Below are positions 1 through 8,825 of a stretch of 64,000 nt of DNA, piece by piece. The position numbers and the translations under genes were made by a program. The DNA lies in the NCBI GenBank assembly GCA_041661745.1, contig JBAZTR010000003.1, forward strand, positions 91,007 through 155,006, given 5' to 3'. Each line of letters opens with the position of its first letter. Positions within the stretch are counted from its first letter, which is position 1. The stretch is from Patescibacteria group bacterium (GTDB lineage: Bacteria; Patescibacteriota; Patescibacteriia; UBA9934; GWF2-40-263). The notes below the pieces were generated by a model. The model had not been told where the DNA came from and searched no databases. It worked only from the letters and a program-made list of their open reading frames with translations.

Positions 1-1
1 G

Positions 2-166
2 GAAGCTAAAATACCTTATACAAACATCGTGAAGGAAACCGGCCTTAGCTCCACCACCGTGGCTCGTGTAGCCAAATGGCTTAATCAAGGTATGCAGGGT
101 TATAAACTGGCTTTGGCCAAACAAAATCAAAATCATCATCATCCTTCCCCTTCCAGGAAAGGATAA
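2..166 (+). CDS. 3' part of YerC/YecD (TrpR-like) HTH protein, truncated by window edge
   Basis: Manual translation EAKIPYTNIVKETGLSSTTVARVAKWLNQGMQGYKLAL...HHHPSPSRKG*; the 'TGLSSTTVARV' HTH fits the TrpR/YerC family. Confidence 0.8.
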   Translation, partial: EAKIPYTNIVKETGLSSTTVARVAKWLNQGMQGYKLALAKQNQNHHHPSPSRKG

Positions 167-194
167 GTTTTGATGTTTCAACATTTAAACCAAG

Positions 195-221
195 ACCTCT
201 CCCGGAAGGGAGAGGTTTTTT
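195..221 (+). terminator. Intrinsic terminator hairpin
   Basis: ACCTCTCCC-GGAA-GGGAGAGGT followed by a T run. Confidence 0.8.
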
Positions 222-242
222 AAACTATCTAATTTTAATTAT

Positions 243-917
243 ATGAAAAATACAACTCTCTTTATTGGCGGAACACACGGTGATGAACCAATTGGCGTCC
301 GTGTTCTTGAAGAACTCTCAAAAGAACGATTGGACTTTGATTGGTTAATCGGCAATGAGCCGGCTCTGCAACAAAACACCCGTGAATTTGAAGGCAATCT
401 AAACCGCAGCGCTCCAGGTGACAAAAACTCATCGCTGTATGCTCCCCGTCGAGCGGCCGAAATTATCGAAATAGCTAAAAACTATCAATACACCATTGAC
501 CTCCATGGCACGGCCACGCCGAGCGGTATCTTTCTAATCATTACCAATCCAAAAGAGGAAAATTTACGTTTAGCTTCCTGGCTTTCAGTATCGCGTGTTG
601 TGATTTGGCCAAGTTTTAGTCCGGAATTAAAAGGTCCACTAAGTGAATATTTTTCTTGCGGTTTGGAAATTGAATGCGGCTCAAAAGACGACCCGCGCAC
701 AGCGAGACAGTTAAAGGAAATACTTAAAAAATTTTTAAACAACGAACAACCAGAACAAAAACAAAAAATTTTTGAGGTTTACGGGTCATTAAAAAACTCA
801 GAGCATCGAAAATTAGAAGACTTCCAATTAACCACAACGGCCGGGGAAACTTTCTACCCACTTCTAGTCGGTGCCTACCCCGGTTTAGTTTGCTACAAAA
901 TGCGCCGACTAAAATAG
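243..917 (+). CDS. Succinylglutamate desuccinylase/aspartoacylase (M14-like) family protein
   Basis: GGTHGDE, NLNR, IDLH and EIECG motifs. Confidence 0.8.
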   Translation: MKNTTLFIGGTHGDEPIGVRVLEELSKERLDFDWLIGNEPALQQNTREFEGNLNRSAPGDKNSSLYAPRRAAEIIEIAKNYQYTIDLHGTATPSGIFLIITNPKEENLRLASWLSVSRVVIWPSFSPELKGPLSEYFSCGLEIECGSKDDPRTARQLKEILKKFLNNEQPEQKQKIFEVYGSLKNSEHRKLEDFQLTTTAGETFYPLLVGAYPGLVCYKMRRLK

Positions 918-926
918 GAGCCCGAA

Positions 927-1469
927 ATGATTCGCAACGTCCGGTTGTCTGACCTTCCTCGTCTTGTCGAACTTTATCGCGTCTGTTTCCGTGAACCGCC
1001 GTGGTTCGAGGAATTCACGGTCGATGAGGTTATGGCTGACTTCCAAAAAATGCTGGAACTTCCAGAAATAATTTTCCTGGTGGCCGAAAAAGATGATTAT
1101 ATCACTGGCGGTTTTATTGCCTATGACTTCGCTCGACGAGAAGATATCGGAGCGCTGTTGAAAGAACACCCACTTTTCGGCCAAACCATCTATTCAGCCG
1201 AAATCTTTATTGATCCGCGAACGCGCCAGCGTGGTTTGGCTCGTTCCCTTATAGCTGATCACTTGGCCATTGCTAAACGAAATGGCTACACCCACATGGC
1301 TGCTCGTACCTCGATCGACCAACAAATTATTCAACACCTTTATTTGGATTGGTTGGAAGCAGGCGTCGTCGCTCGACAGACGGTTGTTTCTACCAAGATC
1401 ATCGATGGAATAAAAACCGAATCACCGGATGAGCGTGTAATCATGTACGGAAAAATTCCCTCTCTCTAG
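927..1469 (+). CDS. GNAT family N-acetyltransferase
   Basis: IRNVRLSD start; motif A IFIDPRTRQRGLARSL; SD AGGAG upstream. Confidence 0.8.
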   Translation: MIRNVRLSDLPRLVELYRVCFREPPWFEEFTVDEVMADFQKMLELPEIIFLVAEKDDYITGGFIAYDFARREDIGALLKEHPLFGQTIYSAEIFIDPRTRQRGLARSLIADHLAIAKRNGYTHMAARTSIDQQIIQHLYLDWLEAGVVARQTVVSTKIIDGIKTESPDERVIMYGKIPSL

Positions 1470-1536
1470 GTCGGCCCAGCCGGCCTTTTTTAAAACAAAA
1501 AAAGAGATTTCTCTCTTCTTTTTTCTTTTAAGAAGC

Positions 1537-2127
1537 TTATTCAAAATCATTTTTCAAATTCGCGCCCGGGGCAAAGACAATCGGGGTCTCGGCAATCTCT
1601 AAAATCAAATCACGAAGGATTGGGTACTCAGGACCCATGTAATGGTCGTCCCCTTTTCTTTCAATAAAACGAGCGCGAATTGACTCGGCTAATTTTTTGC
1701 CGTGTTCAATCGGAACCAACTTGTCGTCCTCGGAATGGATAACAATAAACTCCCGTGCTTTCCACATAATGACGTCAGCATCAAGTTCGTCAACAAACAA
1801 TTGTCGCAGTTCCGGCCGAGAAACTTTCCACGGCGCGGCCACCAAAATGACGGCTCGAGGAATTTCCACCATTTCTGCCGCCTCAAGATATTGCAACATT
1901 AAAAGGGCGCCAAGAGAATGACCAAGCAAAATATCATCACCTTTAAGGTAACCGATTTGTCGTTTCATTTCCTCCATGATCTCCGGCATGTTTAATTCTT
2001 GGCCGGCCTGAAGATTTAGTTTTGGCGAAATAACTTCAAAACCCTTGTCTTGCAATTCACTGCGAAGCCAAGGATGAAAATTTTTATCTGGATCAGCATT
2101 AAAGCCGTGAATTAAAATTATTCTCAT
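1537..2127 (-). CDS. Alpha/beta hydrolase, RBBP9/YdeN family
   Basis: IHG, GHSLG nucleophile elbow, HSEDD, late His. Confidence 0.85.
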   Translation of the reverse strand: MRIILIHGFNADPDKNFHPWLRSELQDKGFEVISPKLNLQAGQELNMPEIMEEMKRQIGYLKGDDILLGHSLGALLMLQYLEAAEMVEIPRAVILVAAPWKVSRPELRQLFVDELDADVIMWKAREFIVIHSEDDKLVPIEHGKKLAESIRARFIERKGDDHYMGPEYPILRDLILEIAETPIVFAPGANLKNDFE

Positions 2128-2134
2128 AACTTAT

Positions 2135-2220
2135 TGGTGGGCAGGGAGAGACTCGAACTCTCAATCCTTTTGGGAACTAGCTCCTAAGGCTAGCGCGTAT
2201 ACCAATTCCGCCACCTGCCC
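2135..2220 (-). tRNA. tRNA-Leu(TAG)
   Basis: GGGCAGG..CCTGCCC acceptor, anticodon loop CT-TAG-GA, long variable arm, GTTCGA T-loop, encoded CCA. Confidence 0.95.
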
Positions 2221-2244
2221 ATATTTTTTAATTTAAAACAGATA

Positions 2245-2364
2245 GAGAGACTCGCCCCGCCTTCGGAGGCCTTCGGACGGGGTCCCGCCAAAGGCGGGAA
2301 ACTCTCAATCCTTTTGGGAACTAGCTCCTAAGGCTAGCGCGTATACCAATTCCGCCACTCCAGC
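2245..2364 (-). pseudogene. Interrupted partial copy of tRNA-Leu(TAG) with a 45-nt double-hairpin insert in the T-loop
   Basis: 2300-2358 and 2245-2254 are identical to the intact tRNA; insert at 2255-2299; different 5' acceptor strand (GCTGGAG); no 3' acceptor strand or CCA. Confidence 0.9.
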
Positions 2365-2418
2365 GTTAAAAACAAAAAAATCTTACCTTAATCAGCAAAA
2401 TAATTCAACTCTGGGGAC

Positions 2419-2464
2419 TTGACATAAACAAATAAATCATATAGATTAAGCAACCTGGTTCTTT
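2419..2464 (+). promoter_or_regulatory. Sigma70 promoter with downstream boxA-like motif
   Basis: TTGACA-17-TAGATT, then TGGTTCTTT at 2456-2464. Confidence 0.65.
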
Positions 2465-2484
2465 CACCCTCGAAAGGAGAAAAA

Positions 2485-3366
2485 TTGTCTTCCCTGACAC
2501 TCCAGGTAGTTCGGCCGATCGAAGAACTGGCCGACCGTCTGGAGTTCACTCAGAATTCCATGCCTGACGGTTGGTTGGAAATCGTACGATATGTCAGATG
2601 GAAGGGGGGCTATTTCGCTAAGAGTATTGAGCGAGAGCCACTGGAAGACGTTTTCGAGATCGAAAGAGACAATCGGGACATAGCCCTAAAGAACGAAAGA
2701 GAACTAACCGAAGCTGTGGCTGAGTACTTCAGGGCCACCGAAGAACCAATGCGCTCGGTTGTCCTGGCTATGTTCACTTTTGGAATGCTCGATAAAATCG
2801 GGCGGGAGAATAAGGATAAGAAGCGAAGGCCGAGAGCTATCGACATCGCTTCGATTATGCAGGGTGCTCTGACCAGAGCTTTTCTCAACATGAGCTACCC
2901 GGAAAGGTGTGAGTTCCACCGCGCCATTCCGAATTGGTCGAAGACTGACCCCACGGCTTGGGAAAGATCCTTTGCCGGAGCCGCCGCTTCGGCCCGACTT
3001 GCTTATGCCTTTCTGCAAGACGATCGCAACGTTGTGTACATGCCGGCCGCCTACTACGATATCCACTGCAGCGGCGACCTGGTGGTGACCTCGGGGGACG
3101 ATATTTTCTACCTCCAAATCAAAGGATGTGGAGGCATCCGGCACAGCAACCTGAAGGTTGTCGTGAAACCGGAAGGAAAGGTTCAACACCGCCTTACAAA
3201 GGGGGCTCAACAATTCGCCATGGCCATCGGCCGACAGGTGACTCCTGTCATCGCCGAGATCGGCTTGGTCAAACAAGCTCCCTTCGATCTTGAAACTTGT
3301 GACCTGGTTCGTCGAGCAGCCGAGGAACTGCTCGGCAAACGTGAACCAAAGGTCATGGCGCGCTAA
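2485..3366 (+). CDS. Hypothetical protein with possible C-terminal PD-(D/E)xK-like nuclease motif
   Basis: 293-aa ORF, SD AAGGAGA; YYDIHCSGDLVV...YLQIKG pattern. Confidence 0.55.
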   Translation: MSSLTLQVVRPIEELADRLEFTQNSMPDGWLEIVRYVRWKGGYFAKSIEREPLEDVFEIERDNRDIALKNERELTEAVAEYFRATEEPMRSVVLAMFTFGMLDKIGRENKDKKRRPRAIDIASIMQGALTRAFLNMSYPERCEFHRAIPNWSKTDPTAWERSFAGAAASARLAYAFLQDDRNVVYMPAAYYDIHCSGDLVVTSGDDIFYLQIKGCGGIRHSNLKVVVKPEGKVQHRLTKGAQQFAMAIGRQVTPVIAEIGLVKQAPFDLETCDLVRRAAEELLGKREPKVMAR

Positions 3367-3500
3367 CCCCGCGCTTATTTTTTTATTTTTCCACAACGAC
3401 ACCTCGACAAGCTCGGTATCAATCCTGTTAAAAATAGATTTATCCACTAAAACAGGATTGACAAAAAACAAAAATTATGATGTATTGTGATCAAGCAACA

Positions 3501-3570
3501 AAAGGAAACGACTCCCCACAACTTACATAGAACATCCAAAGTGTTTTGTGTATCGGGGAGTCGTTTCTTT
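3501..3570 (+). promoter_or_regulatory. Long 5'-leader hairpin upstream of lamin-tail gene
   Basis: AAAGGAAACGACTCCCC pairs with GGGGAGTCGTTTCTTT, with an inner stem; TTGACA at 3458. Confidence 0.6.
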
Positions 3571-3631
3571 TCTCGTTAACGAGGGTATGGCTGTTCGCGA
3601 CAGTCACGAAAGATCATTAACAATTAAATAT

Positions 3632-6208
3632 ATGAAGCAAAAAATCTGCCTCTTGGTGATTGGCGTGCTATTAATTTCTTCATTCAGTACAACCGACACA
3701 GCTGAGGCAGAAAATTCATGTGCCACCCCCGTCTTCTTTTCAGAAATCGGTTGGGCCGGATCATCAAAAGGCGCGGCTGATGAATGGCTGGAGTTGGCAA
3801 ATGCCGGAGAAACGGAATTCAACCTGACTGGTTGGATAATTGAAGGGGCCGGCACTAACAACTCGGCTCTCTCCCTACCTGAAGGCGTCATTATCTCTCC
3901 GCGCTCGACATACCTAGTCGCTAACTACAGCGCCGAGAGTGATAAATCGTCTTTGGCCACCCCGCCGAATTATGTGAATACAGCTATCTCGCTCTCGAAC
4001 TCAACTATTCATTTAATTCTAAAGGACCAAAACGGTTGTCTAATTGACGAAGCCGGTGACGGCGGTGCTCCATTCTTTGGCGGAACAGGAACAGAGGGAA
4101 CGGTTTCAATGATTCGTCTTGAACCAATAATCCAGGGGGCTCTACCCACAGCCTGGACAGCAAGCGAAACCTCTAATGGTTTCGACAATTCTATTGATTT
4201 GGGGACGCCAGGAACAATTAGTTGGGTAAATGTATTATCATCCTCGGTTGAACAAATTGTGGAGGAAACCATACCTCTACCTGAACCTCTCCCTGAAGAC
4301 GAGGGAGAAGCAGTGGAAGTAATCGAGGAAGTTATTCCTGAGACTACAGAACCAACAGTGACAGAAGAAATAATTGAAACAGAAATTATTCCCTCCGCAC
4401 AAGAGCAGCCTGAAGAAATAGAGGCTGAGGGCGAGGGAGAACTCGAAGAAATTATTGAGGAAGCAGAACTCGAAGAAGTTTCTGATCAAACGGTAATTTC
4501 ATATTCCGTCGGCGAACTGTTGATTAACGAATTTGTTTCTGATCCGGTGAGTGGGGAGAAAGAATGGGTTGAGGTGATAAATCCGAACAACAAAAATCTT
4601 TCTCTTGTTGGCTGGAAGGTCTCCGACGAATCAGGAAGAACTGTCCCTCTACCAGAAGTCGAACTTGGTTACGGGCAAGTCGCCGTGGCCGAATTTTCCT
4701 CGAGTACTCTGAAAAATAATGGTGACAAAATTAAAATTATTGCTCCGGACGAAACCGTGATTCATGAAATTGAATATGGCACGGCCTCGATTCCGACGAC
4801 GACTGATCCTTATTCAGTTGCTCGCGGGGCTGACGACAATTTCGTGGTAACTGAAACACCAACAAAGGGAAAAATGAATATCATTACAACCACAGTGACA
4901 ATAACTAAGACGACGACATGCGAGGTCTCCGTGGATGAAGAGGACGAAGTGGACGAGGAGGTTTCTTCAACAGAAATTATCGAAGAGACCGCGCTCCCAA
5001 ACATTCGTCTTTCCGAACTCTATCCCAACACCGATGGAGCCGACGCCACCGATGAATTCATTGAGCTGGAAAACTATGGCTCGGAGACAATTGATTTGTT
5101 TGGTCTGACCTTAAAAGATGCGGCCGAAAACGACTGGTCGTTTACCGACCATACCGAACTGGCCGCGGGGAAATTCCTAGTTATCAGCCGAACCGAATAT
5201 CAATTCGCTCTTAATAATTCGGGCAGTGAAACAGTGACACTTTATTCAACTGGTGGAACACTGCTCGACCAAATCCAATATGAAAACGCACCAAAAAAAT
5301 CAACCTATGCGCGCGACGGCAATATATGGCGTTGGACTTCAATCGTTACGCCAAATGAACCGAATCGCTTTTCGGAAACTGTCGAGTCAGAAGATAACGG
5401 ACTGGTTCGACAAGCTAGTACCGATATCAATAACGAAAGAGTTGATGCGTCAGAATCCACTGTCAGCGTAACCATTGCCGAAGCTCGTGGTCTAGCTAAG
5501 GACACCAAGGTAACAGTGGAAGGAATTGTTGCTGTTTCCCCTGGCATCTTTGGTCGACAAATCTTCTATCTATCCGACAACGTGGCTGGTATTCAGATTT
5601 ACAAATCTGATGGTAATTTTCCGGAACTGTTAGTCGGCGACCTGGTGGAATTAGGCGGCACTATCAGCTCTAACCGCGGTGAGCCGAGAATAAAGCTAAA
5701 TCAAACGGGTGAAATCTTGGTTGTCGCGGGCGAAACTGTTCTGGACATCACTGATCGTAAAATCGTGACCGAGGCGGAGGCCGGACAGCTCATAAGACTG
5801 GCCGGAATGGTCACAGAAAAATCTAGCGACCGTTTTACAATGGAAACCAGTGGTGGGTTGTCAGAAATAAGAATAAAAGAAAACACCGGAATCTCTTTGT
5901 CTGAACTTAAACCTGGAAGTCAAATTACTGTTACCGGGATTGTCGGACAATCAGAAGAAAACTATTTTCTTTTACCGCGCTCGGTTGATGACTTAGTTAT
6001 CGCCGTGGCCGTGGCTGCTGTTGAGTCGACTGTTCCCACTGAACCAACTGGCAAACAAACAGCCGAAACAGCGAACCAAAAGAATGCGATTTACATCGGC
6101 TCAGCTGTTATTGTCGGATTAATTATCTACGCCGTCAGTAAACGCCGCGGCCATAAAACAAAATCATATGAAAAAACCAACAAATTTTCTTTTGCTCCAA
6201 CAGGATGA
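3632..6208 (+). CDS. Secreted/membrane-anchored lamin-tail-domain protein with OB-fold domains
   Basis: Signal peptide from M at 3632; three LTD repeats (FSEI..DEWLEL, INEF..EWVEV, LSEL..DEFIEL); acidic linker; OB-like repeats; C-terminal TM helix. Confidence 0.8.
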   Translation: MKQKICLLVIGVLLISSFSTTDTAEAENSCATPVFFSEIGWAGSSKGAADEWLELANAGETEFNLTGWIIEGAGTNNSALSLPEGVIISPRSTYLVANYSAESDKSSLATPPNYVNTAISLSNSTIHLILKDQNGCLIDEAGDGGAPFFGGTGTEGTVSMIRLEPIIQGALPTAWTASETSNGFDNSIDLGTPGTISWVNVLSSSVEQIVEETIPLPEPLPEDEGEAVEVIEEVIPETTEPTVTEEIIETEIIPSAQEQPEEIEAEGEGELEEIIEEAELEEVSDQTVISYSVGELLINEFVSDPVSGEKEWVEVINPNNKNLSLVGWKVSDESGRTVPLPEVELGYGQVAVAEFSSSTLKNNGDKIKIIAPDETVIHEIEYGTASIPTTTDPYSVARGADDNFVVTETPTKGKMNIITTTVTITKTTTCEVSVDEEDEVDEEVSSTEIIEETALPNIRLSELYPNTDGADATDEFIELENYGSETIDLFGLTLKDAAENDWSFTDHTELAAGKFLVISRTEYQFALNNSGSETVTLYSTGGTLLDQIQYENAPKKSTYARDGNIWRWTSIVTPNEPNRFSETVESEDNGLVRQASTDINNERVDASESTVSVTIAEARGLAKDTKVTVEGIVAVSPGIFGRQIFYLSDNVAGIQIYKSDGNFPELLVGDLVELGGTISSNRGEPRIKLNQTGEILVVAGETVLDITDRKIVTEAEAGQLIRLAGMVTEKSSDRFTMETSGGLSEIRIKENTGISLSELKPGSQITVTGIVGQSEENYFLLPRSVDDLVIAVAVAAVESTVPTEPTGKQTAETANQKNAIYIGSAVIVGLIIYAVSKRRGHKTKSYEKTNKFSFAPTG

Positions 6209-6368
6209 TTTTGAACGCGCGGCTTATGCCTATGGCATTCAACCGACCGTTTGCACTCTGCTCGGTGAAGTGGTCTACCGAAAGCTCCGCGCCGCCTGGC
6301 AGAATGGCTGGTGGCAAGCCATTGGTCGTTTAAGCACCAATGTCCTACCAGCCGAAACTAATAATTAA
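6168..6368 (+). CDS. Small hypothetical protein
   Basis: 66-aa ORF overlapping the upstream stop, operon-like arrangement. Confidence 0.5.
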   Translation: MKKPTNFLLLQQDDFERAAYAYGIQPTVCTLLGEVVYRKLRAAWQNGWWQAIGRLSTNVLPAETNN

Positions 6369-6404
6369 CATAAAGACGCAAAAAAAATACGTCTCAAAAA
6401 ATAT

Positions 6405-6611
6405 ATGGAAAACGACAAAAAAAATTGGTTTGAAAACTTAACTTCCGAATGCAACAGTATGGCCGAACGTTTTGGTCTTGATGATTTTCACATGAGCGAG
6501 CTACGTCAGTTTGTGGAACGTGTCGCTCGCGAACAGTTTAAGAGTGGCAGCAAATCCGGTTATTGGTGGGCAAAAAAGGGAGAAAAACAAGCTGCCGCCG
6601 CAGCCGCGTAA
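6405..6611 (+). CDS. Small hypothetical protein
   Basis: 68-aa ORF with AT-rich leader. Confidence 0.6.
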   Translation: MENDKKNWFENLTSECNSMAERFGLDDFHMSELRQFVERVAREQFKSGSKSGYWWAKKGEKQAAAAAA

Positions 6612-6664
6612 TTCCGACTTGAATCTCTAAAACAAAAACACCCCGGAAAATTCCGAGGTGTTTT

Positions 6665-6739
<75 letters not shown>

Positions 6740-6751
6740 ATTGTTTTATTT

Positions 6752-6806
6752 TACCACTGCGTGTCCGCCATAGCTCGCCTCGAGCGACGGCGGAAACTGC
6801 TGCCGC
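6752..6806 (-). pseudogene. Interrupted 5' fragment of tRNA-Gly with a 35-nt palindromic insert
   Basis: GCGGCAGCAGTT[insert 6760-6794]CAGTGGTA versus intact GCGGCAGTAGTTCAGTGGTA. Confidence 0.85.
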
Positions 6807-6892
6807 ATTTTTTGACGGAAAAAATATATCATATCCCCAGAATTCTGACAACCCTTTTCAAATCGGAGTTTTTTTGTTAATCTTCTCGCCGT

Positions 6893-6979
6893 GGGCAAGT
6901 GGCGGAGCTGGTATACGCGGAGGACTTAAAATCCTCTGGCCGCAAGGCCTCGTGGGTTCGAATCCCACCTTGCCCACCA
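6893..6979 (+). tRNA. tRNA-Leu(TAA)
   Basis: GGGCAAG..CTTGCCC acceptor, GAGGA-CTTAAAA-TCCTC anticodon arm, variable arm, CCA. Confidence 0.95.
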
Positions 6980-7039
6980 AGCAGCTGTCTGACCCGCCAA
7001 ACTAAGCTTGATCAACCAATACCAGACAGCCAATTCAAT

Positions 7040-8728
7040 ATGAAACACTCAGCTCTTAGAATCGCGCTCTTTGCCCTTTTTTTAGGCGTCGTCTTCGACA
7101 CTTTGCTTTACCAAGCTTACGTGCCAGGAATCAACATCTTTTTACTCCAAATCGCTGTTTGCGCCGTCCTGTATTTTCTCATACGCCCCACTGACGTGAA
7201 ACTCACAAAACAGATTCTTGTCGCCGGAATATTTTCTTTACTTTTTGCGGGTACGTTTGCTATTTGGACTTCGCCGATTGGACTTGCCTTAAGCGTTATT
7301 GGCCTTGTCTGTGCAAATGCACTTCTCATTTTGTTTGTCTGGGGTCACCACGGTATTTTTCAACATCCTTTTTCTATCATCGGCGACACACTACGCTATA
7401 GTATTGAAGTATTTTTAACACACGTCAACATTTTCGGAGACATCAGACTTCCTAAAATGGGCACAAAAGGATCGGCCATCGTCCGCGGTTGCCTTGTTGC
7501 TCTGCCGATTTTGATTATCTTTTCTCTGCTCTTTGTCTCCTCTGATCTCATGTTGCAAATAAAAACTCAAAATATCCAAATCTGGCTTTCAAATGTTTTC
7601 GGACCTTACAACATTGTCGCACATCTCTTTTTCGTCGTACTTTTCACGCTCTTTTTCCTAATTGTCCTGGCAGCTACCTTCTGGAAACGCCTAAATTTTT
7701 CCCTTCCTAAAATCACGGAAAGCCATAGTCGCATTGAAAGCGCTGTCATTCTTCTTACAAGCAACGCCCTCTTTCTTTTTTTTCTTGTTTTCCAAGGATA
7801 TTACTTATTTGGCGGGCAAAAAGCTTTCGCCAGTATCGAAAATCTGACCTATTCAGAGTATGCTGTCGCGGGATTTAATCAGCTTGCCGTCGTCGCTACG
7901 CTTGTCCTTTTACTCATTCTGACGTTGCGCCATTTTCACGGATCAGAAATAAAAATGAAACTCGTGTCTTTTACAGAATTTGGACTCTTGGTTCAGACGA
8001 TCGCTCTTCTAATCTCTGCTTGGATTCGTCTACAAATGTATGTTGGGGAATATGGATTTACGCCCGCAAGATTATTCGGATTTTGGTTCTTTCTCTCAAG
8101 CGCGCTCCTAGCCGCCCTCCTGGGAGTTCATATTGCACGCTCCCTTTCTCAAGCTAAATTTATTTCCCAGGCACTCGTTTTTATGGGCTGCGCCATGCTT
8201 ATTTTTACCGCCTGTGCGCCTGACGCCCTTACCGTACGGCTCAACATTGCTCGTGCGGAACAAACAGGAAAGCTTGATCCTTTTCCTCTCTTTGATCAAT
8301 TATCGGCCGAGGCCTTTCCTCTTATGAGCACGGTGCTCTTTAGCGATCAATATCCGATTGGAAAACTTGATGCCGCCATCACAGATTATTGTCCTTTCGT
8401 GCGAGCGCATTATCGAGATGGATACATTTTAAACTTTACTCTCATTCCAGAACCACTAAAAGACGAAGCGCTGGCAACAGACGTCTACATACGGCAAGAA
8501 ATCGCTGATTTTCAAAATCGCTGGCTCACGCAGCCGGTTAATAAAGAAGGGGAGAATAAATTTCATTTCAGAAACGCTGATTGGAGATCATGGAATCTTG
8601 CCCGTGTATTCCTCCCAACCGAAACTCAAAACCCCATCATCACCTACGGCATACCCTTTCCCGCAGATCAAATTGCCAATGCCTGCGGAATGTATGTCGG
8701 GGATCCACAGACACAGCCAGAGGAGTAA
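7040..8728 (+). CDS. DUF4153/DUF4173 family membrane protein
   Basis: Multi-TM; TYSEYAVAGF and RLQMYVGEYGFTPARL motifs; start moved to 7040 because the listed start lies inside the tRNA. Confidence 0.75.
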   Translation: MKHSALRIALFALFLGVVFDTLLYQAYVPGINIFLLQIAVCAVLYFLIRPTDVKLTKQILVAGIFSLLFAGTFAIWTSPIGLALSVIGLVCANALLILFVWGHHGIFQHPFSIIGDTLRYSIEVFLTHVNIFGDIRLPKMGTKGSAIVRGCLVALPILIIFSLLFVSSDLMLQIKTQNIQIWLSNVFGPYNIVAHLFFVVLFTLFFLIVLAATFWKRLNFSLPKITESHSRIESAVILLTSNALFLFFLVFQGYYLFGGQKAFASIENLTYSEYAVAGFNQLAVVATLVLLLILTLRHFHGSEIKMKLVSFTEFGLLVQTIALLISAWIRLQMYVGEYGFTPARLFGFWFFLSSALLAALLGVHIARSLSQAKFISQALVFMGCAMLIFTACAPDALTVRLNIARAEQTGKLDPFPLFDQLSAEAFPLMSTVLFSDQYPIGKLDAAITDYCPFVRAHYRDGYILNFTLIPEPLKDEALATDVYIRQEIADFQNRWLTQPVNKEGENKFHFRNADWRSWNLARVFLPTETQNPIITYGIPFPADQIANACGMYVGDPQTQPEE

Positions 8729-8825
8729 CCAGCAACTTTCCTATTACTTCAATGCACCAATCAAAACAACCGGTCAAAACTGGTTGTTTTGATTTTTATC
8801 GATTTTTCCTCCATAATGTAGGCGT

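Noticed and set aside
2245-2364. Intron-containing tRNA genes
   Set aside because: The interrupted copies lack 3' acceptor strands and CCA, and the inserts are too short for group I/II introns.
6899-7039. N-terminal ORF extensions running through tRNAs or repeats (6899, 18734, 60355, 21577, 3548)
   Set aside because: They overlap tRNA, repeat or upstream-gene sequence; downstream ATGs match the family N-termini.
6980-8760. Integrative element downstream of tRNA-Leu(TAA)
   Set aside because: No integrase and no duplicated tRNA 3' end were found.
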